32,000 nucleotides of DNA. Origin: Paramicrosporidium saccamoebae KSL3. Lineage: Eukaryota; Fungi; Cryptomycota. The stretch is from assembly GCA_002794465.1 (NCBI GenBank), contig MTSL01000008.1:1-32000 (forward strand). The letters run 5' to 3'. How positions within the stretch are numbered: the stretch's first letter is position 1; every line of letters starts with the position of its first letter. The notes beneath the pieces are model-generated. The model saw only the letters and a program-made list of their open reading frames with translations, was not told the origin of the DNA and did no database searches. The translations under genes and the position numbers were made by a program. Below, one piece after another: positions 1 through 9,142 of this stretch.

Positions 1-785
1 CCCTCATGGGGCCCAACGGCAGTCGTGATAGACAGGACGCTTCAATTCGTCGGTTTTGTCGATAGACAATCTAAATACATGCATAAAATTGGTTAATGGG
101 ATACTGAGAGGGCCTGCTCGAGGGTGGTGTTCTCGGTCAATGTGCTGAGGGGGCACCGGTCCGCATGGCGCTGTCCCAACTTATTCAACTTGCGGCGCTA
201 TACGAAATATCTGATCAATAGGATTCATGTGGGAGATAAGGCAGACGCAACGCCAGTTCCAAGTACCCAGGTTGCCGTCCCAAGAGCGGCCAACATAGCC
301 TGCATAAACACCCGTATATAAATAGGAAACAATTCATGCTGTCATGCCGTCATTCCGTCATGCTGCTATGATTGGTCAAGTCGGATTGGCGGGTCCAAGA
401 GATGCCTCTTTGTGGTCTAGGAATTGTGAGTAACATAACTATGCGAGGGCACGATGGATATATTTAGACACAGTTGCTCATTAGTCGTTGGTACTGTTTA
501 TTTAACTGTTGTAGGTACTGATCAATTACCGACAACAGAACCATCTATTAAGTCTTGTATTATGGATACACAAGTTATCTACACAATAATTCGTTTTCAA
601 ATCAATCTCGGCCATTGTTTCTAGGATCACCAGTGAGCAAACCCTCTTCCTATCTCTTGTCTCTCTTCACCTGACACAACCCACAATGGCCAGTGTTGCT
701 TCCCCATGTTCTATAAATAGCCATCCAACCCTTTTGCAGAGGGGACGTTTTTATTGGATGGTCAAAATTGCTGGCCTCTCCACTG

Positions 786-1586
786 ATGACATACTTGACA
801 TTCAGGCCGGCCAAAGGTAGCCGAACTATTCCAATACTTGCCCGATGTCTCAGTGTAATCGCTGATCTGCTTTTACTCTTGCCCATGGCATGGAATGTCG
901 CCAATTTGTTCTACCCACTTTGTGGCTGGATCGGATTTGTGGGACATCCGTTCATCTTCTGGATCATTGACCGCTTCAGATTCCGCTCTTTCATAACTAC
1001 CAAACTCCGTCTCACTGACCACATCACAACAGGACAAGACGGCCATTTGAAACATCTGGGATTTCTGTACTCGGTATGGGAAACGCCCGAAGCTCTCACT
1101 CTGGGACATTACGACCGCTCTGATAGAATTTATTGCCCGAAGAGGCGCCTTGCCATTTTACATTGCAACAATGAGTACAAAAAGTGGGTTGGCTGGCTGG
1201 TCATTTTCTCCACCGACGCTATTCCGGTCGCCGTGCTGATTTCGCTGCTCGCTGCTGGCTACTTTCTCGGCGTCAAGTCTGTCATATTTTTTACAATGGG
1301 GCTCTTCCTGGCTTTACAAATTGATACTCTCGGCCTTTGTTTCCAAAAGTCACCCTACTATTGGAAAGATGAAATGTTTCTTGACGGAAAAATGTGCAAA
1401 AGCAAGTCTCTCGGCTTGATGACGTGCATTCTAGAGGGGCCAGAGGGCGAACTGTTCTTGACACTTATAAAAGAGTCCATGTATAATCATTATGACAAAC
1501 AGGACTGGTTCAGATTTTCAAATTGGGGAGGATGCGCGTGTTGCTCCTCCACTATACCTAGTGCTACACCTAAAGGAACCGTATGA
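786..1586 (+). CDS. Hypothetical multi-pass membrane protein (~266 aa)
   Basis: Open frame from ATG 786 (the track start at 768 is TTG). It has several hydrophobic stretches and a TATAAATA at 712-719. No family recognised. Confidence 0.55.
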   Translation: MTYLTFRPAKGSRTIPILARCLSVIADLLLLLPMAWNVANLFYPLCGWIGFVGHPFIFWIIDRFRFRSFITTKLRLTDHITTGQDGHLKHLGFLYSVWETPEALTLGHYDRSDRIYCPKRRLAILHCNNEYKKWVGWLVIFSTDAIPVAVLISLLAAGYFLGVKSVIFFTMGLFLALQIDTLGLCFQKSPYYWKDEMFLDGKMCKSKSLGLMTCILEGPEGELFLTLIKESMYNHYDKQDWFRFSNWGGCACCSSTIPSATPKGTV

Positions 1587-2553
1587 TGAACCATGGATTT
1601 ATGTATAATACCCATTCCCTGTAACAAAGATAATTTGGCGTTATGGACAACTCTAGTTATAAAACATTTATTCCACTTGGCTTGTATTTGTCATCGCGAT
1701 ATTTTCACCAGGATCAGCAACTTCTGCTGGGATCATTACTTTGGTTCTCCGGGGCGTCAAGTTTGCACAGAACACGAATCGATACAGGATACACGCTGAG
1801 AGCGTTGATGTGACAAACCTCACAGCGATTCCATGTCATCATAAAGTATTTGACAAGCCAGCGTCTCCATAAGGCTAACTTACCTGAGGGCCTATAGCAG
1901 CACAGTAGGCATTCGGAAGTATCTCCGGGGACATACCAGAGGCTCAAGTGTAATTCAGTGGTATTATCCAACAGGACTGCCTCGATCCTTTCATACGAGA
2001 CCCATACATCGGGTGAGTATAGTCGCATTAGCGCTAGGCAAAGTGCCTTTCTCTCTCCCAGCGTTATACGACTTAACGCCCAATGTGCAGTTGAGTCGGG
2101 CCGGTCGATCAAGCACTGAACTTGTCCACATGTACCTCACTAATTTGACAAGATCCCCGCCTTTCAATGTGACATAGAGCTCCATCTACATGATGTACTC
2201 TACAAACCATTGGCAGCCTCGGCAGGTTTCACGAAGAGCAATACTCCCGCCTTCTCTCGAAAAATAAAGAGATGGGAGACAGACTTGAAACCTAGTGAAA
2301 AGAGTCTAACTGGATACATGAGTCGTAGTTCTGCAAGTAAATATATTTGCAATGGTAATACATGCTAGGTATTTAGTAGTGGCTATAAAAGAGGGTCCCT
2401 TTTTGATTTGCAATCTCGATCCATAGTAATCATTCCACAGATCAGATTCGCTCTAAAGGCACCACGCTATCTAGTATTAATGAATCCTTTTATCATTCAG
2501 CGCTTTTAATTTGGTATCGATTTCCTAGCATGCACGAACTATGGCCCGCAAGT

Positions 2554-3456
2554 CTATAACCCTGCTCTCTTGCTTGTCACGTAATGTACTTTGTGAAATC
2601 TGTTCCTACTTCTTCTGCTCTTCCTCGTTCGCCCGCTTCTTTTACTTCTCCCTTTGCCTCTCCTTATGCTTCTTCCGCTTCGTCCTTTTCCAGCCAACAT
2701 CATCCCCATCTTGATGGATTCTTCCGATGGAAATACCTGCTTTTCAATGAGCCAGTCCAGCACATCAGGGTTCGGAGCTATGGCCGCTCTGTTGGCCATA
2801 TCGGAATTGGCAATATCTATATTTGTAAACTTGTCAATCCACTCAATAAGGTCCAAACCAACAATTCTCGAGGTGCAGAGTTTCATCAGGGCCTTACTAG
2901 AAAGGCGATTCGCATCCATGGCGTATACCCATTTCACAAACTCTACCGGCTGGTCATACAGCTCGTCCATGGTGGGCAGATAGTTCGAGTCCTGCGTCTT
3001 CTTGTACAAATTACTGAGAAGGATAAATTTCGCTACCCTCTCTTCATTTGGCGCACATTCATAGAGACCATTCGTCCCTATAGTCGCCGTGATACTCTTT
3101 CTGCCGGGACAAAGGGCAGGATCTATCTGCACAATCCAGTGTACTAGCAACCAGTCGTGCGAATCAATTGCTCGTGTCATATCAGCCGCTGTCGGTTTTG
3201 AATTGGCGTAGGCAGAGTCGTCAAAATGACGCAATTTTATAGCATCAAGATAGAGCATTTGGAGGCGCGCCAGCACGGGATGGATAGAGTACAATTCGAC
3301 AATCTGTTGAGGGCTCCAGATGGTAAACCCCTCGACTTCCTGGCACCACTCCTGTATAGCTCGCGGTGGGTCGGCCGTCTTAGCAGTTTTACTTGACGAT
3401 GCGCTGCAATCGCTTACAATCGCCGCTAGAAATAGCGGTAATATGGATAGCTTCAT
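2554..3456 (-). CDS. Putative secreted protein with degenerate ankyrin-like repeats and a basic tail
   Basis: 300-aa ORF with signal-peptide-like start MKLSILPLFLAAIVSDCSA. Repeated helical motifs (LLVHWIV, EFVKWVY, DLIEWID, ANRAAIAPNPDVLDWLIEKQVFP) and an R/K/S/G-rich C-terminus. Confidence 0.65.
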   Translation of the reverse strand: MKLSILPLFLAAIVSDCSASSSKTAKTADPPRAIQEWCQEVEGFTIWSPQQIVELYSIHPVLARLQMLYLDAIKLRHFDDSAYANSKPTAADMTRAIDSHDWLLVHWIVQIDPALCPGRKSITATIGTNGLYECAPNEERVAKFILLSNLYKKTQDSNYLPTMDELYDQPVEFVKWVYAMDANRLSSKALMKLCTSRIVGLDLIEWIDKFTNIDIANSDMANRAAIAPNPDVLDWLIEKQVFPSEESIKMGMMLAGKGRSGRSIRRGKGRSKRSGRTRKSRRSRNRFHKVHYVTSKRAGL

Positions 3457-3682
3457 CGGGTGACACTTGGAGACTTGAATTAATTTAGCGACAGATCGAT
3501 GCCGAGTTTATTAAGCGACTCTACTGGTCGATGCAATCTTTATCAATGAAATCCAGAACCGTGATTAAAAGTAAAGGCTATTTGTGAGATTTTGATCCTT
3601 TATCCCGGCAGTCGCTCGACATGGGGTCGCCAAAATTTGAAGCCTTCGTGACCCTTGGCCCTCTATCCATCCATCATATACC

Positions 3683-4485
3683 ATGACCGCAGAATTGAAA
3701 AAGGAGGACGAACAGGTCGGATTCAGAGTATTTGTCGGCAACCTCTCATACGACATTGACACAGACAAGCTCAAGGACTACTTCGGTCAGGCTGGTGAAA
3801 TGTAAGCATCCATGGTCGTTAGAGTTTGGGATGATGATACTCATTTTGGTCTGTGTTTATGAGACTGCGTCTTTGAATTCAACTCTGGTCTGACCAAACT
3901 CCAACGACCTCCTCCATTGAGCTCTTCTAATATTTTAGTGTGGACTGCATCGCCGTGAAGCGATATGGACGCTCTGCCGGATATGGCTTTATCACTTTTG
4001 AGACCGAAGAGGCTGCCGATAAGGCTGTGGAACTAAAGGACACTGAGCTTGAGGGTCGCAAGGTCAATGTGGAGCGAGCCACTCCCCGCGACGAGAATGC
4101 GCCTCGCCGACAACGCCGCGGACGCGGTGGACGTGCACGCGGACGTGGAACCCGCACCCGCCATGAACCCAGCGGCGAGCTGTCAAAGACGACCATGTTT
4201 GTTGGAAACTTGCCCTTCAATGTCATTGATCAAGACTTGATTAACATCTTTGGTGACTATCAAGTAGAGGAGGCCCACGTCATTCGTCACTTTAATGGGG
4301 CTTCGCGTGGGTTTGGATTTGTCACCCTGACCGGCGAACAAGAGCTGCAAAAGGCAATTGAGGCCATGACCGAAGTCTTCTGTGACGATCGCAAACTTGT
4401 TGTCCGCCAGGCCTACGAAGACGACCACAAGAAGAAGCCCGCCATGGAGCATGAAATAGTCATCAAGAATGAGGCTAGTGCTTAA
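3683..4485 (+). CDS. Two-RRM protein with central RGG box (Sbp1/Tcg1-like); exons 3683-3801, 3939-4485
   Basis: RNP2 FVGNL twice, RNP1 GYGFITF and RGFGFVTL, RGRGGRARGRG linker. Intron 3802-3938 (GTAAGC...CTAAT...TAG) restores the frame. Confidence 0.88.
3814..3909 (+). ncRNA. SNORD18: Intronic box C/D snoRNA, U18/snR18 homologue
   Basis: Box C ATGATGA 3831-3837, box D CTGA 3890-3893, 16-bp terminal stem (3814-3829/3894-3909, one mismatch). Guide TTGGTCTGTGTTT 3846-3858 precedes D' ATGA and is complementary to conserved LSU AAACACGGACCAA. Confidence 0.88.
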
Positions 4486-4584
4486 TTTAATAAATCATGT
4501 ATCATTGTGTTTAAATCAGAGGCTGTGTGGAGGCAGGTCGAATTCTAGAGCGCAAATACAAACGTCACAACACCATCGGATCCC

Positions 4585-5658
4585 TCAGTCAACGCTGACG
4601 GTGAGGATCCTAACAAGACCATCGTCTCCAACCACAGCCAATGTCCACGGGTCTTTTGGACTCCACCTCACAGAGTTCAGGTCGATTCTTCCTGGCTCCT
4701 CATAGGTGGCCAAGAGTTCCAGCTGTCTATTTCCGACATTACACCTCCACAATCGAATTTTCCTATCGCCCGCACAGGACGCTATTATCAAATCTGTCAC
4801 TTGCCCTTCATCAAATGCCTTGTGCTGGATTGAAATGGACATGATTGAGCGCTCATGTGACATTTCGTGGGATACCACCAACTCGTAGCCCTTTTCATTT
4901 CGCTGATACACATTGATCCTCCTGTCATCTCCCGCAGAGACGATAAAACGGCCACAGGGAGAAAAGGATGCTGTCCAGACGGTGGATTTATGGTGGGAAA
5001 GGGTCTGCTTGCATACCCACTCGTCATCCTGGACGTGTTTGGAATGCCAAATTTTGATAGAATCATCATAACTTGCAGAAAGTAGAGTGCCAGAATCCAA
5101 CGGATGAAACTGAACCATTTTGACATCTTGTGAATGTTCAGCCAACACTGCAAGACATTCAAAGTCTACGTCCCCACTGTTAACCTCATCCATTCCTGGA
5201 TTCAATTCCCAGATCCAGACCGTCTTGTCACGGCCACAGGTTGCAAGAAAGCTTCCATTTGGACTCCACGACACCGACTTTACCTCATTCTCGTGCCCCT
5301 CAAGGTTTGCCATACACTTCCACTCAAGTCCTGCCCCATCAATGACCCAAATCGACACTAACCCATCAAAACCAGCTGCTGCCAGAGTTCGTCCATCTGG
5401 TGAAAAGTCTATGTTTCTAATCGTCCTTTGGTGAGCACCTTGAAGCTCATCCGACAAAGCCCACAAGTTATGGGGCGCTTGTAACGTCAATGAGGATCCC
5501 TCCTCCCGCGAGAATTTCTCACTCTCCAGTGGGTTTTTCCATAGTCTAATTATCTGGTCTTGTCCACATGTGGCCAGAATGCGCCCATTGGGGTGCCATG
5601 CACAGCTCCATACAATTCCCTCATGTCCTTGCAAAAAGGCAGTGCAATGAAATGACAT
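4585..5658 (-). CDS. CIA1: Cytosolic Fe-S assembly WD40 protein Cia1
   Basis: GAHQRTIR, LEGHENEVKSVSWS, RDKTVWIWE, ECLAVLAEHSQDVKMV are typical Cia1/CIAO1 motifs. Confidence 0.93.
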   Translation of the reverse strand: MSFHCTAFLQGHEGIVWSCAWHPNGRILATCGQDQIIRLWKNPLESEKFSREEGSSLTLQAPHNLWALSDELQGAHQRTIRNIDFSPDGRTLAAAGFDGLVSIWVIDGAGLEWKCMANLEGHENEVKSVSWSPNGSFLATCGRDKTVWIWELNPGMDEVNSGDVDFECLAVLAEHSQDVKMVQFHPLDSGTLLSASYDDSIKIWHSKHVQDDEWVCKQTLSHHKSTVWTASFSPCGRFIVSAGDDRRINVYQRNEKGYELVVSHEMSHERSIMSISIQHKAFDEGQVTDLIIASCAGDRKIRLWRCNVGNRQLELLATYEEPGRIDLNSVRWSPKDPWTLAVVGDDGLVRILTVSVD

Positions 5659-5765
5659 TCTTGTTGTGATTGGCTGGGACTCTTCATCATCCCTACTGGT
5701 TGCTATTTATAGCTACTCTTGGTCAATAAACGGTCACACGAGCAGCAATTCGCCTCCACACTGTA

Positions 5766-6848
5766 ATGCCAGTCGAATCTTGCCACTCTGACAAATGTTC
5801 GATTGAAGAGACGGTGAGATTAAAAGCATGCGAGCTACGACGTCGAAGCAGCCCTACCCTCCCGACTGACATGCCTGTAAAGTCAGGCCTTGAGATTAGA
5901 CCGGCAGAGTTTTATGACTTGGAGGAGCTTGGGTGTGGATTTGGGGGGATAGTCTATAAATCTATCCATCTCCCATCGGGTCGCGTGATGGCTCGCAAGG
6001 TCATCCACAATCGCATTTCATCTGCCAAAATCCGAAAATCGCTGGCAGCCGAGCTCGCTACTCTACAAAGATGCAAGTCTCCACAAATAGTCGGTTGCTT
6101 TGGTGCATTCGTGTCAGACCTGCAAGTGTCCATCGCCTTGGAATACATGGACATTGGGTCGCTGGATTGGGTCTGTCGCACTGTGGGGCCCATATCCGAG
6201 TTGCACCTTGCGCAGGTGACAAAGGCAGTGCTTGACGGCCTCATGTATTTGCATCGCCAATGGAACATTATTCATCGCGATCTGAAGCCATCAAACATTC
6301 TGCTAAATTCCAAGGGAGAAATCAAAATTTGCGACTTTGGAGAGTCCATAGAGCTGGTCAATTCAATGGCAAAATCGCTAGTAGGAACTACCGGGTACAT
6401 GGCACCCGAGCGGATAAAAGGGCAGCCATACACAATCCGCTCAGACGTTTGGAGCCTTGGAATCACTCTCGTCGAACTGGCAACAGGAAGTTTTCCTTAT
6501 TATATCTGTCCAGAAAAGAGGGTGAAAATGACCCCAATTGGCGCCTCCGAGCCTACTAGTAATGGAGAAGAGACAAAAATGTCGCTAATCGAGCTATGGG
6601 AATCAATCAGTCATGAGCCGCCGCCTGGCCTTGATCCTGCAGCATTTTCACCTGAATTTGTAGACTTTACGCGGCAATGTCTCTGCAAGGAGGAAACATA
6701 CCGTCCCGATCCGTATCAGCTTTTGGTACACTCAATAATACTGCTAATTATTTAGGAACATCCGTTTGTCAAACAAGTGGAGAGTTTTGATACTGTACTT
6801 GCTTTAAACTGGGCAAGCAATCTTGCTCAACTCAAAAAAAGAGTCTGA
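5766..6848 (+). CDS. STE7: MAP kinase kinase (Ste7/MEK family); exons 5766-6725, 6756-6848
   Basis: HRDLKPSNILL, DFG, activation loop NSMAKSLVGT, YMAPER. A 30-nt intron at 6726-6755 yields the conserved LLEHPF. Confidence 0.88.
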
Positions 6849-6983
6849 TCAATAGATTATAAAGATTATTTGCACATGCGAGGTTAGCCGATGGTGTTGG
6901 CCCGTGATATATATTTTCAACACCAATCTCTAGATACTCTCCCGCAGCCCCTGGCCTGTATAGATACCCGTAAACACCACTTT

Positions 6984-7325
6984 ATGGTCGCAGACCCGTA
7001 CAAGACTATTCAAACCGGAAAAGGGCTCTTATTAAAGTACTGCACAGGGTAGGTGATAATTTGTAGAAAGCCAACAGCCTCAAAGGCTGTCAAAAAAGTG
7101 TCCACCGCTCCTGTAGTTGCAAAGGGCAAAACTGCTGCCGAGGTGGCATTTGAAAAAGCAAAGAAATCCAAGCAGGAAAAGGACTCGAAACATCACAGTC
7201 GCAAGTCGCACAAGGAAAAAGTGGCCGAGTTTAACGAAAAACTATCAAAGCTCTCCGAGCACTATGACATTCCAAAGGTAGTCCGCGATGGGTCATGTTA
7301 AATGTCATAGGTTGGGCCTGGCTAG
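6984..7325 (+). CDS. FAM32A: FAM32A/DUF1754 protein; exons 6984-7036, 7067-7277, 7311-7325
   Basis: After removing introns of 30 and 33 nt the protein ends [28 protein letters not shown], the family signature. Confidence 0.88.
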
Positions 7326-7640
7326 TTTGCCAATTCTGCAACGCGGGGCAATATTATTTTGTAGTTTAAGCAATGTATAAAATGTAGACATTCGATTCTT
7401 TGGCGGATCGATCAAAGAGCTACTGATTGGTAATGTGTAGTTGGGGAGACCATTACGTGTTGCGTAGTGAAGGAGGGAGGTACGGTACCACGTCACGGGC
7501 GGGGAGAGAAATTGTTCGCTGTTAATTCAACAGCCCAAGTCAGACGAGAGGAAAGCTCGTTCACTGATACTCCTAAAAGGCCCGGCTAACCAATCCACCA
7601 CTTTACTCAACAAAGAACCGACCAATCAATCCGCTACGGC

Positions 7641-8876
7641 ATGGAGCCGTTTGGTGAACTAAGCTCTCCAGTGCCACAAGAGGAACATATTGCCAGTTCA
7701 CCATTACAATGCGACTGTGACATTTTTAATCGCTTAAAGTCTATAAGGAATGACTCTAATTGGAAGGTCGACGAGTTGGTGCGAGTCCCTGCTGCTGCCC
7801 ATGGCTATATTGACCAGCAATCGGGAAAGCAGGTCGGCTCTTATATGACATATATTATCAGCTTCTGTGTACTTTTTGGGGCTCCATGTCATGTTTCTAG
7901 GAGAATTCAGTGAGGAGGAGATATTCGGACTTTGAATTATTGCATGCGCATTTTGTTCGCGTGTATCCATACAGCATAATTCCGCCCATTCCAAGCAAGC
8001 AATCTCTGAACGGTGCCCAATTGCCTCCACTCTGATAATTTAGTGAGCATTTCGGTCATATTTGGCAAAGGGCAAGCAGAGGGCTCCCACATTGTGGATC
8101 AGCGGGTTCGCTTCTTTTGCAACTTTTTGCGTCACTCTTTGAGCCATCCGGTTCTATATGCCGACCATGTGCTGCACCTTTTCATATCAAATCCCGATGC
8201 GTCATGGAGAGCCGAGGTGATCAAGTACAACCCGGTTGAACCTAGGCCGTTTACCAAAATACCCGCTTCAGTGGGCAAGCCCTTTGAAGAGCTGCTGCTA
8301 ATGTTACTTCACTTTGAAGAAGCATGCAAGACCCTGGAGATTTCCCAGAAATCGGTTCTGAGAAAGCTCCAAGAAATTTTGCGTGGCCTAGAGTCGCTGA
8401 GCACTGCATTTAATGGATTCTCGCTGGAATATGCAGAACTTGTCGAGACGCTGGATTCTCTTGGCGAAATCTACGACGGAAACGCCACTAGCTTTGGAGA
8501 CATTGTGCTAAATCAACAAATCACCTGCGATTTAATTCACGAATTTTCCCAGTACATTGTAGCCATCCGACGAGCAGCAAGAAATGTGGCGGCACACGCA
8601 GTGCAATGGGAGATGCTCACTGAAAAGCTCAGCCACCTGCGCAGTAACGCGCTTCAACAAGGTTCAGATGGAGTCTTGGAAAATCTCGAGGCTGGCGAGC
8701 AAAACTTGGCCAAAGAGGTCCATGAAGAAAAGGAATTGTTGTGGGAGCAACTCTCTATCTGGCTTAAACGGCTGACTGCCTCCTGGAACCAAATTCTTGT
8801 CCGAGTTGCCGAGTCTGAAAAATATTACATACAACGAGGATTTGCTCTCTGGAAAGATGCTGAAGTAGCCCATTAA
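7641..8876 (+). CDS. PX-BAR sorting nexin (Snx4/Snx41-like); exons 7641-7868, 7901-8012, 8044-8876
   Basis: PX motif VRRRYSDFELLH...YP..IIPPIPSK appears only after splicing introns 7869-7900 and 8013-8043, followed by a coiled-coil BAR-like C-terminus. Confidence 0.82.
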
Positions 8877-8899
8877 TAGCGTTTGTTTAGCCATTAAAG

Positions 8900-9140
8900 C
8901 ATAAGCGTGATCTTGAGTGGGGCGGGTTAAGATGGGGGATTTAAGCGTTAGGATTTAATGTCTTGATGTCGTCATGTCCTGACATTTTGACATGGCATCA
9001 CGATACACCCTAGCATACATTACATCCCAACACACAGATCCCCAAGCATACATTACACCCCAACACACAGATCCCCCAGCATACATTACATCCCAACACA
9101 CAGATCCCCCATCTTACCTCCACTCAAGATCGCGCTTATG
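8900..9140. mobile_element. Foldback/MITE-like element with ~40-bp terminal inverted repeats
   Basis: 8900-8920 pairs with 9120-9140 (20/21) and 8928-8940 pairs with 9104-9116 (13/13). Non-coding interior; no clear target-site duplication. Confidence 0.6.
9012..9110. repeat. Tandem repeat, 3 x 33 bp
   Basis: Unit AGCATACATTACATCCCAACACACAGATCCCC(A/C) at 9012, 9045 and 9078, with no spacers. Confidence 0.92.
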
Positions 9141-9142
9141 TT

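Noticed and set aside
1-310. Possible spliced minus-strand gene running off the window start
   Set aside because: A plausible 34-nt intron exists, but no splice combination gave a recognisable protein.
2480-2710. TAA/TAG read as Gln: an alternative minus frame reads KHKERQREK*KKRANEEEQKK*EQ like a coiled coil
   Set aside because: TAA and TAG end conserved genes at the expected places (RPS3, catalase, FAM32A, TMED2). Purine-rich DNA looks K/E/R-rich in any frame.
2584-3147. 187-aa and 109-aa plus-strand ORFs
   Set aside because: Antisense shadows of the secreted gene with no recognisable features.
9012-9110. CRISPR array from 33-bp repeats
   Set aside because: Units are directly adjacent with no unique spacers, there are no cas genes, and the context is eukaryotic.
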